Shown here in pieces: positions 47,501 through 56,507 of a stretch of 64,000 bases of DNA. The notes beneath the pieces were generated by a model that saw nothing but the letters and a program-made list of their open reading frames with translations, had not been told where the DNA came from and made no database searches. Positions within the stretch are counted from its first letter, which is position 1. Every line of letters starts with the position of its first letter. Source of the DNA: Candidatus Schekmanbacteria bacterium RIFCSPLOWO2_02_FULL_38_14 (GTDB taxonomy: Bacteria; Schekmanbacteria; GWA2-38-11); contig MGDH01000022.1 of NCBI GenBank assembly GCA_001790855.1, positions 7,116 through 71,115 of the forward strand, given 5' to 3'. A program made the translations under genes and the position numbers.

Positions 47501-49177
47501 TTAATAAACCCTTTTCTGTGGCTGATACTTTGTTACAGACACTGGCTCGTAGGAAATATTTATTTTTCCATCCTTGCCTTTTTTTGCGATAGTATGCTTC
47601 ATCCAGTTTTTGTCATTTCTTTCAGTATAGTCATTCCTGTAATGTGCTCCTCTGCTTTCCTTCCTGTTCAGGGCACCAAGGGCTATAATCTCAGAAATCG
47701 TAAGAAGGAACTCCATCTCAATGACTGAAGTGAGCTGTGTATTGTAAACAGTGCCTTTGTCCTGGATAAAAACTTTTTTTGCCCTTTCCTGAAGTTTCTT
47801 TATTTCTTTAAGAGCCTGTTCTATTTCATTACCGACTCTAAAGACCCCTACTTTGAATGTAAGAATTTCTGAAAGTTCTTTTCTTATTGCAGAGGATGAT
47901 TCTTTTCCTTTACGGTCAACAAGCTTCTTTATCCTTTTCTCTTCATCTTTTAGAATATTTTCGCTTATCTTGGAAAACTCAGCGGATGATACAAATTTTT
48001 CTAAATTTCTTCCGACTCTTCTGCCAAAAACAACTGTCTCAAGAAGTGAATTTCCTCCAAGCCTGTTGGCTCCGTGGACACTTACGCAGCCACACTCTCC
48101 AACCGCATACAGCCCTTTTATGTTTGTTTCTCCGTTAACATTATTCCTGATTCCGCCCATGGAATAGTGCTGTGCGGGTTGAACAGGCATTGGTTCTTTA
48201 ACTATGTCAACACCTGCAAATTTCTTTGCAAGCTCTTTTACCTGAGGGATCTTTTCATTTATTTTTGCTTCACCAAAGTGAGTTACATCGAGGTGAACAT
48301 ATTCATTCTCAAATCCTCTTCCTTCTCTTACCTCTATTTGTATACACCGAGAAACAACGTCTCTTGGGGCAAGTTCCATTTTTGATGGAACATATCTTTC
48401 CATAAACCTCTCATCTTTGTTGTTTTTAAGATATCCGCCTTCACCCCTTACACCTTCTGATACGAGAATGTTGGTTCCAAAAAGAGTTGTTGGGTGGAAC
48501 TGGACAAATTCCATATCAGCAAGAGGTGTTCCTATCTCATAGGCAAGAGCCATTCCATCACCGGTATTTATATGAGCATTGGTAGTTCGAGCAAAGGCTC
48601 TCCCATATCCCCCTGTTGCTAAGACTATTGCCTTTGTTTTCAAGAGTTCAAAATTACCTTTTTGCATATTATAGCAAATAGCACCTTTGCAGACCCCATC
48701 TTCTGCGATCAATTTGGTGACAAATCGTTCATTATAGATTTTTACATTGCTCTTAAGAAGTTGTTCATAGAGGAGGTGAAGAAGGGTATGACCTGTTAAG
48801 TCTCCAAAAAAACAAGCTCGAGGAAAGCTTGCGCCTCCTAGCTCTCTCTGGGCAATCTTTCCATCCTCAGTCCTGCTAAAGATTGCTCCCATGTGCTCTA
48901 TTTCGTAGATGTTTTCAGGGGCTTCCTTAATGAGAATCTCAATGGCGTTCTGGTCACCAAGATAATCGCCTCCCTTTACAGTATCAAAAATATGGCTTTC
49001 AAGAGTATCTTCAGGGTTAAGTACTGCATTGATTCCTCCCTGCGCTGCACCTGAATGGGAGCGTGTGGGATAGACTTTTGAAATAATTCCTACGTTGGCA
49101 TATTTAGATGCTTCTATTGCAGCCCTCATTCCTGCAATTCCTGCGCCGACTATGACTATGTCGTGGTAAATCATCAA
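47501..49177 (-). CDS. sdhA: Succinate dehydrogenase / fumarate reductase flavoprotein subunit
   Basis: FAD-binding [13 protein letters not shown]. The covalent-FAD histidine context [13 protein letters not shown] is present. Catalytic ...HYSMGGI... region. Length is 558 aa. Confidence 0.9.
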   Translation of the reverse strand: MMIYHDIVIVGAGIAGMRAAIEASKYANVGIISKVYPTRSHSGAAQGGINAVLNPEDTLESHIFDTVKGGDYLGDQNAIEILIKEAPENIYEIEHMGAIFSRTEDGKIAQRELGGASFPRACFFGDLTGHTLLHLLYEQLLKSNVKIYNERFVTKLIAEDGVCKGAICYNMQKGNFELLKTKAIVLATGGYGRAFARTTNAHINTGDGMALAYEIGTPLADMEFVQFHPTTLFGTNILVSEGVRGEGGYLKNNKDERFMERYVPSKMELAPRDVVSRCIQIEVREGRGFENEYVHLDVTHFGEAKINEKIPQVKELAKKFAGVDIVKEPMPVQPAQHYSMGGIRNNVNGETNIKGLYAVGECGCVSVHGANRLGGNSLLETVVFGRRVGRNLEKFVSSAEFSKISENILKDEEKRIKKLVDRKGKESSSAIRKELSEILTFKVGVFRVGNEIEQALKEIKKLQERAKKVFIQDKGTVYNTQLTSVIEMEFLLTISEIIALGALNRKESRGAHYRNDYTERNDKNWMKHTIAKKGKDGKINISYEPVSVTKYQPQKRVY

Positions 49178-49193
49178 TTAATCTCCCTTCTTA

Positions 49194-49406
49194 TTAATAT
49201 AGTCTTACTATTTCTATTGCATCAACAGGACATTTTTCAAGGCAGAGATTGCACAGAGTGCATTCGTCTTCATTTGCCTCAACAGAGATTATGGTGTTAT
49301 CTTTCTTGTCAAAAATATTCACAGGACATATTTTGACACATTCACCACAGTCCTTGAATCCGCGGCATGTTTTCTGGTTGATTTTTATGTTTATGAAAAT
49401 ACTCAT
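49194..49406 (-). CDS. 2x[4Fe-4S] dicluster ferredoxin (70 aa)
   Basis: CRGFKDCGECVKICP and CTLCNLCLEKCP are two CxxCxxCxxxCP motifs. It lies 16 nt upstream of frdA on the same strand. Confidence 0.75.
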   Translation of the reverse strand: MSIFINIKINQKTCRGFKDCGECVKICPVNIFDKKDNTIISVEANEDECTLCNLCLEKCPVDAIEIVRLY

Positions 49407-49429
49407 CCTTTTCTCCCTCTGTGTATGAG

Positions 49430-49571
49430 TTATAAATCCTAAATTCTAATATCTAAATTCCCTGCCTGTCGGCAGACAGGTAAACAATATCAAAATTCCA
49501 ATTTTTAAAACTGTTTTGGATTTTGGTCATTTGAATTTGTTTAGAATTTAGAGCTTAGGCTTTAGAATTTT
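49430..49571. repeat. AT-rich intergenic repeat cluster plus GC hairpin CCTGTC-GGCA-GACAGG
   Basis: TAAATCCTAAATTCTAATATCTAAATTCC is the reverse complement of the 45696-type repeat. TTTGTTTAGAATTTAGAGCTTAGGCTTTAGAATTTT is a forward copy. A GC hairpin lies at 49461..49480. Confidence 0.55.
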
Positions 49572-50468
49572 TTATGATACATTCTTTCTAATAAGCTCTA
49601 TTATCTCAGAAAATTTTTCTGCAACAAGGATTCCTGCATCCCTGAATTTTTCTATTTTGCCTTTTGTACTTCCTCTATTTCCTTCAACAATTGCTGCTGC
49701 GTGGCCAAAACGGATACCCGGCATCTCATCAGCGAATCTTCCTGCAACAAATGCGATTATTGGAAGTTTGATTTTGTTTTCCTTTACAAACTCTGCAAGA
49801 AGTTCTTCTGCTGTACCTCCGGGTTCGCAGAAGATTACGATTGCCTTTGTCTGGTTGTCTTTCTGGAAAAGTGGAACGAGGTCAAGGTAGTTTGAACCGA
49901 CAATTGCATCTCCTCCAACGCTAATGCAGGTGCTCTGTCCGATTCCGTTTAATGTCAGGAGGTTGGCAATCTCTGTTGTCATTCCTCCGCTTCTTGAGAT
50001 TATTCCTATATTCCCTTCACTGTAAGCCTTCTTTACATCATCAACTCTTCCGCCAACCATTCCAATTTTGGTCTTGTGAGGCGATATTATTCCAAGGGAG
50101 TTTGGTCCTATTACTGTTGCGCCTTTTTCTCTTGCAAAAGCAACTATCTCAACTACATCCTTTCTTGGAACTCGTTCTGTTACAATGACAACAAGTTTAA
50201 TGCCATTATCAATCGCCTCAAGGCTTGCACCTTTTACCATTCCGGGCGGAACTGATATTATGCTTGCTTCAGCAGGGTGTACGGTTATTGCTTCTTTTAC
50301 TGTATCATAGACAGGGACACCGTAAACATCCCATCCGCCCTTGCCGGGAGTTATTCCTGCAACAACTTTTGAGCCGTAATCAAGTAAATCCCTCGTAAAA
50401 GTGGTTGCCTCTCTGCCGGTAATTCCCTGAATGATTATCCTTGTATTTTCATCAGCCAAGATTGACAT
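49572..50468 (-). CDS. sucD: Succinate--CoA ligase [ADP-forming] alpha subunit
   Basis: The CoA-binding N-terminus RIIIQGITGREATTF and the SRSGGMTTE segment are present. The expected phosphohistidine loop around GHAAAI is present. Length is 298 aa. Confidence 0.9.
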   Translation of the reverse strand: MSILADENTRIIIQGITGREATTFTRDLLDYGSKVVAGITPGKGGWDVYGVPVYDTVKEAITVHPAEASIISVPPGMVKGASLEAIDNGIKLVVIVTERVPRKDVVEIVAFAREKGATVIGPNSLGIISPHKTKIGMVGGRVDDVKKAYSEGNIGIISRSGGMTTEIANLLTLNGIGQSTCISVGGDAIVGSNYLDLVPLFQKDNQTKAIVIFCEPGGTAEELLAEFVKENKIKLPIIAFVAGRFADEMPGIRFGHAAAIVEGNRGSTKGKIEKFRDAGILVAEKFSEIIELIRKNVS

Positions 50469-50506
50469 CTCATTCTCCTTAATTTATCTCTTGAACTTTA
50501 TTTTTT

Positions 50507-50623
50507 GTCATTGCGAGCGACCAACGGGAGCGTGGCAATCTCATCTTTTACTTGGGAATGTTGTAACATGTTACTATAATTACTGAATTGAGATTGCTTC
50601 GTCGCTTTGCTCCTCGCAATGAC
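50507..50623. repeat. Palindromic repeat element, copy 2, inserted between sucC and sucD
   Basis: Arms TGTCATTGCGAGCGA...GGCAATCTC and GAGATTGCTTCGTCGCTTTGCTCCTCGCAATGAC match copy 1 at 27332..27438. It occupies most of the 182-bp sucC-sucD spacer. Confidence 0.7.
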
Positions 50624-50650
50624 TTTTTAAAACTGTTCACTAATCACTGT

Positions 50651-51829
50651 TCACTTACTCGCTCTCTCAACAGCCATTCTTGCGGCTTCATCTATTGAAA
50701 CGGTTCTGTCGCAGTATGGCACACCATATTTCTTCAATATTCTGAACCCTTCATCCTCCCAAGCGCCTGGAATTCTGAAAACGGTTATGGTTTCTGAAGG
50801 AACCTTGCCGCTTTCAATTACGCCTTTAACTACTCCTCTTGCTACCAGGTCAACTCTGGTGTTGCTGACTACATTCATTATGACTGCAATTTTATTGATT
50901 CCTGGCTTTGAAAGGATGTGCTTGACAAGTTCTTTAACTTTGAAAACAGAAGGGTTCCCTCCAATCTCACAGTAATTGGCAGGTTTGCCGCCATATTTTT
51001 TTATTGCGTCAAATGATGTCAGGCTCGCTCCACCGCCGCCAATCAGAAGACCGAGATTCCCGTCAAATTCAATCATTCTTCCTGCAACTCCACGATGGTC
51101 CATTTTGTCAATTTCCGCTGCCTTTTTCTCAAATTCTGTCTGCTTCTTTGACTGGCTTTCCCTTTCACCAAATTCTGCGACAAGACTCTTTTGGCGGTAG
51201 AGGGCATCGTCATCAATCTCAATATGTCCATCAAGGGCTATGAATTTCCCGTCCTTTGTTTTTCCAAGAGGGTTTATTTCAGCAAGGGTTGCATCATATT
51301 TCAGAAATACCTGAACGAGCCTGTAAAGAACCGATGAAATCTGGAGCAGGTCATTTCCATTTATTCCTGCCTGCGCGACCATTTCTCTTGCATGGTGTTC
51401 CTGAAACCCCTCAATGATGTTAAAACTTTTTCTTACAATTTTTTCAGGATTGGTTTTTGCCAGTTCTTCGATATCAACCCCGCCTTCAGTGCAGAAAATT
51501 ACAACGGGGAGTTTTCTTGTAGTGTCGTAGGTTGCAGCCATAAAGAGCTCTTTTTCAAGAGCTATCTGGTCTTCAACAAGAAGCTTTGAAACAAGGTGGT
51601 TCTTAATAGTGCTTCCGAGAAGCTGCTTTCCTTTATCTTTGGCTTCTTTTAAATCTTTTGAGAAAAGAACACCGCCTGCTTTTCCTCTGCCGCCTGTTGG
51701 TATCTGTGCTTTGATTACAGAAGGAGTTTCCGCCTTGATTTCATCAACAGACGAGACTACCTGCCCTTTGGGTGCCGGAATGTTGTTTGCCTGAAAAATT
51801 TTTTTACTTTCAAATTCATAAAGTCGCAT
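50651..51829 (-). CDS. sucC: Succinate--CoA ligase [ADP-forming] beta subunit
   Basis: MRLYEFESKKIF...IPAPKG ATP-grasp N-terminus. C-terminal ligase-CoA domain ...NPLG...GGGA.... Length is 392 aa. Confidence 0.9.
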   Translation of the reverse strand: MRLYEFESKKIFQANNIPAPKGQVVSSVDEIKAETPSVIKAQIPTGGRGKAGGVLFSKDLKEAKDKGKQLLGSTIKNHLVSKLLVEDQIALEKELFMAATYDTTRKLPVVIFCTEGGVDIEELAKTNPEKIVRKSFNIIEGFQEHHAREMVAQAGINGNDLLQISSVLYRLVQVFLKYDATLAEINPLGKTKDGKFIALDGHIEIDDDALYRQKSLVAEFGERESQSKKQTEFEKKAAEIDKMDHRGVAGRMIEFDGNLGLLIGGGGASLTSFDAIKKYGGKPANYCEIGGNPSVFKVKELVKHILSKPGINKIAVIMNVVSNTRVDLVARGVVKGVIESGKVPSETITVFRIPGAWEDEGFRILKKYGVPYCDRTVSIDEAARMAVERASK

Positions 51830-51926
51830 TTTCTAACTCCCAAAATATGCTTTGCTTTTAAGCTCAAGTTTATATAAAAATCGTGGCTTTCATATTGATA
51901 TTTGCTCTATTTGTCAAGGCAAAAAA

Positions 51927-52040
51927 CGAAGCAATCTTTTTAAAAAGCTGACAGCAGACAGCTATCAGCTTTGAGCATTTGGAATTTGAATAATTTAGAT
52001 ATTGTTTAGGATTTAGGATTTTGAATTTAGAAATTAATAT
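51927..52040. repeat. Partial palindromic-element fragment (CGAAGCAATCT + GCTGACAGCAGACAGCTATCAGC) followed by AT-rich GTTTAGGATTT repeat copy
   Basis: It shares CGAAGCAATCT and the GCTGATAGCTGTC motif with copy 1. It is followed by GATATTGTTTAGGATTTAGGATTTTGAATTTAG. Confidence 0.5.
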
Positions 52041-52043
52041 CTA

Positions 52044-53018
52044 CTAACTTGCCAACAACCTTGCTGCTTCCTTTGCAAAATATGTGATTATCATATCTGC
52101 GCCTGCGCGTTTGATTGATAGGAGGCTTTCCATCATGATTCGTTTCTCATCTATCCATCCGAGTTTACCGCCTGCTTTTATCATGGAGTATTCACCGCTT
52201 ACCTGAAAGGCTGCAAGAGGGATATTGAACTGCTGTTTAGCCCTGTAGATTATATCAAGATAGGGAAGGGCAGGTTTTACCATTACAATGTCAGCGCCTT
52301 CCTCTATGTCCTGAGCTATTTCTCTTATTGTCTCATCAGAGTTTGCAGGGTCTATCTGGTGAGATTTTCTGTCTCCAAATTCTGGCCTTGATTCTGCTGC
52401 TTCCCTGAAAGGAGCATAAAAAGATGATGCGTATTTTGCTGCATATGACATTATTGATATATCTTCAAAACCGTTTTCATCAAGAATTTTTCTGATTGCT
52501 TTCACTCTTCCATCCATCATATCTGATGGGGCAACAATATCAGCGCCTGCTTCAGCGTGGCTTAAGGAAATTTTTGTCAAAGTATCTATTGTCGCGTCAT
52601 TATCAATTTTTCCTTTTTTAATCACTCCGCAGTGGCCATGGTTTGTGTATTCACACAGACAGATATCAGTGATTACAATAAGTTCAGGAATGTTGTTTTT
52701 AATCCTTCTGATTGCCTTTTGAATTATTCCATCCTTTGTATAGGCTTCTGAGCCAAACTCATCCTTTTTCTTAGGAATTCCAAACAGGATTATTGCGGGG
52801 ATGTTTAATTTACTGACTTCCTTTGCTTCTTTAAGGAGGTTGTCAATTGACAACTGAAAGCATCCGGGCATCGACTTAATTCCATTCCTGACATTTTTCC
52901 CTTCGCAGACAAAAACCGGGCATATAAGGTTGTCAGTTGAAAGCCTTGTTTCTCTGACCATCCTTCTTATATTTTCATTCCTTCTAAGCCGACGCAAACG
53001 GTGAGTTGGGTAAGACAT
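52044..53018 (-). CDS. hemB: Porphobilinogen synthase (delta-aminolevulinic acid dehydratase)
   Basis: Active-site region ...[19 protein letters not shown]-like ([18 protein letters not shown]). The metal-binding Cys-rich segment [14 protein letters not shown] is present. Length is 324 aa. Confidence 0.9.
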   Translation of the reverse strand: MSYPTHRLRRLRRNENIRRMVRETRLSTDNLICPVFVCEGKNVRNGIKSMPGCFQLSIDNLLKEAKEVSKLNIPAIILFGIPKKKDEFGSEAYTKDGIIQKAIRRIKNNIPELIVITDICLCEYTNHGHCGVIKKGKIDNDATIDTLTKISLSHAEAGADIVAPSDMMDGRVKAIRKILDENGFEDISIMSYAAKYASSFYAPFREAAESRPEFGDRKSHQIDPANSDETIREIAQDIEEGADIVMVKPALPYLDIIYRAKQQFNIPLAAFQVSGEYSMIKAGGKLGWIDEKRIMMESLLSIKRAGADMIITYFAKEAARLLAS

Positions 53019-53140
53019 AATATATTATCTTTCTATTTAAATTCTAAAGCCAATTCTCCTTTATAAAACTCTTTTGGCAACCTGTGTCTTTTTTTTACAA
53101 ACATTTTATTCTCGCAGGCTAAAGCCTGCGGCTACCATTG

Positions 53141-54664
53141 TTAATTAATATTATTAAAATAATTATCAATCGCTTCTACCATTCCTTTAATGGTGTATTC
53201 TTTTGGCATGATATCTGCTTTCATTTCAAACTCTTCAATTGCCTTTGATGTTACAGGACCAATTGAAGCTATGCTTATCTTATTAAAATAATAGATTATT
53301 TCTTTTTTTGTAAATAAATTAAAAAAGCTTTTTACCCCGGAAGGGCTTGTAAATGCAACAACATCTGCGTTGTTTTCTTTTAAAAGAGATTTAACTTTAT
53401 TGCAGTTGACCTTTTCATTCTGAATTCTGTATAAGACTATTTCATCAACTTTTGCTCCTATTTTTTTGAGCCCTAAAGGCAATACCTTGCTTGTTTCCTG
53501 TGCCCTCGGGATTAAAATATTTTTTCCCTTAAGAGAATATTTTTTTAAGCCTGACAGAAGTGCTTCTGAATTATACTTTTTTGGGATAAAGCTTGCTTTG
53601 ATTCCATATTTTTTTAGTTTTCCACCGGTTACTTTTCCGATAACTGCAAATTTAATTGCCTTAAAATCCTTTAAATGTTTTCCTTTTAAAATAAATCTTT
53701 TCATGAACAAATCTATTCCGTTCTGGCTTGTAAAGATTATCCAGTGGTATTTATTTATTTCCTTTATTGCTTTATCAATTATGAGAAAGTTTTCAACCGG
53801 AACTATTTTTATAACCGGAAGCTTAATTGCTTCTGCGCCGAAATTTTCAAGATGAGATGCTATTTTCGAGGCTCCGGGCTCCGGGCTTGTTATAAGAAAT
53901 TTTTTATTAAAGAGAGGTTTCTTTTCATACCATCTAAGCTTTTTGCTTAAATTCACCACATCTCCAATAACAATTACTGCTGGAGGTTTTACCCTTTTAG
54001 TATTAGTCTTATTTTTTAATTCTTTAATAGTCCCGGTCAGAATTTCCTGCCGGGGTGTTGTACCTGAACTTATTATTGCTATCTGAGCAGAAGGGGATTT
54101 GCCAAGCCTTATGAAGTCGTCAAGTATTGAGCCAAGATTTCCTGCTCCCATCAGTATTACCAGAGTTCCTTGCAGGCTTGCTATCTCCTTTGTGATTACC
54201 GGCAGTGAAGAGCCATCTTTTTTATGTCCTGTAATGAAAGTAACAGCAGAGGCATAGTCTCTGTGCGTCAAAGGAATCCCTGCATAGGTAGGAACTGCGA
54301 TTGCAGAGCTGACTCCGGGAACTATTTCAAAGGGAATTCTTTTTTCTGCAAGTGCAAGGGCTTCTTCTCCTCCTCTGCCAAAGATAAAAGGGTCTCCTCC
54401 CTTTAAACGGACGATTGTCTTCCCTTCCCTTGCTTTCTTTATGATTAACCTGTTAATTTCATCCTGTTTTATTGAATGGGATTTTGGTTTTTTGCCAAAG
54501 TATATCAGCTCAGCATCTTCTCTTGCGTAGGATAGAATGTCCTGATTAATGAGGCGGTCATAAACGACAACATCAGCATTTTTAATGCAGTTCACTCCTT
54601 TAAGGGTAATGAGTGAAGGATCTCCGGGACCGGCACCAACAAGATAAACTTTTCCTTTGTTCAT
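53141..54664 (-). CDS. Bifunctional uroporphyrinogen-III C-methyltransferase / uroporphyrinogen-III synthase
   Basis: The N-terminal half KVYLVGAGPGDPSLITLKG...VVVYDRL matches the SUMT tetrapyrrole methylase domain (cobA-like). The C-terminal half of about 250 aa has HemD-like topology. Total length is 507 aa. Confidence 0.8.
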   Translation of the reverse strand: MNKGKVYLVGAGPGDPSLITLKGVNCIKNADVVVYDRLINQDILSYAREDAELIYFGKKPKSHSIKQDEINRLIIKKAREGKTIVRLKGGDPFIFGRGGEEALALAEKRIPFEIVPGVSSAIAVPTYAGIPLTHRDYASAVTFITGHKKDGSSLPVITKEIASLQGTLVILMGAGNLGSILDDFIRLGKSPSAQIAIISSGTTPRQEILTGTIKELKNKTNTKRVKPPAVIVIGDVVNLSKKLRWYEKKPLFNKKFLITSPEPGASKIASHLENFGAEAIKLPVIKIVPVENFLIIDKAIKEINKYHWIIFTSQNGIDLFMKRFILKGKHLKDFKAIKFAVIGKVTGGKLKKYGIKASFIPKKYNSEALLSGLKKYSLKGKNILIPRAQETSKVLPLGLKKIGAKVDEIVLYRIQNEKVNCNKVKSLLKENNADVVAFTSPSGVKSFFNLFTKKEIIYYFNKISIASIGPVTSKAIEEFEMKADIMPKEYTIKGMVEAIDNYFNNIN

Positions 54665-55575
54665 ATTCTTAGAATTTCTTTTCCGCCATTCTCCAATAAT
54701 TTTTCTGCAAGCCTGATTCCTATCTCTTCAAAAGAGTTTATTTCTCCTTCCATGCTATCCCTGATAACTTTCTTTCCATCTTTTGTAGCAACAAGCCCTG
54801 TCAGTTTTAGTTTTTTATTTAAAACCTCTCCATAGGCTGCAACAGGAAATCTGCATGATGCTCCAATTTTTTTTGTGAAAACTCTTTCTGCAGAAACAGC
54901 AATAAGGCTCTCCCTGTTGTTGAGAAAGCTGACGAATTCCTGTATATCAGTATCATCATTTCTTGTTTCAATACCAAGCGCGCCCTGCCCGGCATCAGGG
55001 AGCATAATATCAGTTGAGATGTATTCAGTAATTTTATCTTTTAATCCAAGCCTTATAAGTCCTGCTGCTGCAAGAACGATTGCGTCATAATCTTCATTTT
55101 CTAACTTCTTAAGCCTTGTATCAACATTGCCTCTTATGTCTTTTATCAACAGGTCTTTCCTTGAATTTAAAATCTGAGCTTTCCTTCGCAGGCTTGATGT
55201 GCCAACAATTGAGTTGTGAGGCAATTCCTTAAGCTTCCCTCTTTTTGAAATCAGCACATCCCTTGGGTCTTCCCGTTCAGTTATTGCAGCTATACAAAGT
55301 TCATCAGGAATAGTGACTGGCACATCTTTCATGCTGTGGACACCAATATCGATTTCTTCTTTCAAGAGTGCTTCTTCAATTTCCTTTATGAACATATCAT
55401 TTTTGCTAAATTCTCTTAATGGCTTGTCAGGTAATTTGTCGCCATAAGTTTTAATTTTGATTATTTTGACCTCTAATAGTGGATATTTTTTAACGATTTG
55501 CGCTTTTACCCAATCAGACTGTTTTAAGGCAAGAGGGCTTTTCCTTGTGCCAAGCCTCAGCTTTGTAATAACCAT
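54661..55575 (-). CDS. hemC: Hydroxymethylbilane synthase (porphobilinogen deaminase)
   Basis: LRLGTRKSPLALKQ N-terminus. The dipyrromethane cofactor Cys region ...GASCRFPV... is present. Length is 304 aa. Confidence 0.85.
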   Translation of the reverse strand: MVITKLRLGTRKSPLALKQSDWVKAQIVKKYPLLEVKIIKIKTYGDKLPDKPLREFSKNDMFIKEIEEALLKEEIDIGVHSMKDVPVTIPDELCIAAITEREDPRDVLISKRGKLKELPHNSIVGTSSLRRKAQILNSRKDLLIKDIRGNVDTRLKKLENEDYDAIVLAAAGLIRLGLKDKITEYISTDIMLPDAGQGALGIETRNDDTDIQEFVSFLNNRESLIAVSAERVFTKKIGASCRFPVAAYGEVLNKKLKLTGLVATKDGKKVIRDSMEGEINSFEEIGIRLAEKLLENGGKEILRI

Positions 55576-55613
55576 TGGCAGTTTTCAATAAACGGGTTTG
55601 AGAGAATCAACAA

Positions 55614-56165
55614 TTAATTGTGAATATTCTTTCTGCCATTTCTGGCTACTAAAGATAAACGCATAGATTTCAATCTATCTCTAATCCTTGCCAATCTTTC
55701 AAGCTCTGCTCCATATTCCTTCCCAACGATATCTTCAAGCATTATTCTTAACTTTTTTGCAAAAGCCGGATATCTCCCGCTTGTGGAAATCGCTATCACA
55801 AGGTCTCCTCTCCGTATCACAGAAGGCATTATAAAGTCACATAGTTCAGGGCCATCAGCTACATTAACCAGCACTTTTCTTTTTTTAGCCTCTTTTGCAA
55901 CTTCCTTGTTGATTTCAGAATCATCAGTTGCCACCACTGCAAGAAATGTATCCTTCAAATCCCCAACCCGGTATTTTCTGCAAATAACACTAATCTCAGA
56001 TTTGTCTGCTAATCTCCTGATGTTTTTTGTGATTTTCGGGCTAACCACCATCATCTTTGCCCCACAATTAAGAAGGGACATTATTTTCCTCTCAGCTACT
56101 TTTCCACCACCTATAACTACACATTTTTTCCCATTGATATTTAAATGTATTGGATAATATTTCAT
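55614..56165 (-). CDS. sirC: Precorrin-2 dehydrogenase / sirohydrochlorin ferrochelatase (siroheme synthase N-terminal domain type)
   Basis: NAD-binding VVIGGGKVAERKI after MKYYPIHLNINGKKC. Length is about 183 aa. Start is placed at the internal Met (56165). Confidence 0.7.
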   Translation of the reverse strand: MKYYPIHLNINGKKCVVIGGGKVAERKIMSLLNCGAKMMVVSPKITKNIRRLADKSEISVICRKYRVGDLKDTFLAVVATDDSEINKEVAKEAKKRKVLVNVADGPELCDFIMPSVIRRGDLVIAISTSGRYPAFAKKLRIMLEDIVGKEYGAELERLARIRDRLKSMRLSLVARNGRKNIHN

Positions 56166-56438
56166 AGCAAAATAAAAGTAGAACCTGTTAATTGTTTGCA
56201 AACTATAGTTTGTAAGAATGGTAATGTCAAATGCAGTATTTAATTCCTTTAAACACCATCCCCATTACTTCCACTCTGCCTGTGCGGAGCACGCCTGACT
56301 GCGAGCATCGCTCAGGCAGGCAGACAGGTCTCTTTTGTTCTTTTATTGTCAAAGTTATGTTTTCCATAACCTGACATTTTAACCTTGCAGTTAACCCCTG
56401 TCATTTTTACTTTGCTACCACAGTATAATTAAAATGCC

Positions 56439-56467
56439 TTGACAAAAGAGGTTTTTATAAAATAATA
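56439..56467 (+). promoter_or_regulatory. Candidate sigma70-type promoter for the acyl-CoA dehydrogenase gene (TTGACA-17 nt-ATAATA)
   Basis: Read directly. The -35 TTGACA is at 56439..56444 and a -10-like ATAATA at 56462..56467, about 40 nt upstream of the ATG at 56508. RBS AAAGGAG is present. Confidence 0.3.
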
Positions 56468-56507
56468 GAATATTTTTAAGTTAATTTAGTAAAAAGGAGC
56501 AATACAG

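Noticed and set aside
47501-49177. Alternative call of the flavoprotein as L-aspartate oxidase NadB (nadA is in the window)
   Set aside because: It contains the covalent-FAD histidine context [10 protein letters not shown]. It is about 558 aa, followed by a typical SdhB/FrdB gene, and it sits about 30 kb from nadA. This fits SdhA/FrdA better than NadB.
56230-56330. Possible tRNA or SECIS in the GC-rich segment upstream of acd
   Set aside because: There is no cloverleaf-compatible arrangement, no T-loop consensus and no anticodon-arm symmetry. It is kept only as an unexplained structured element.
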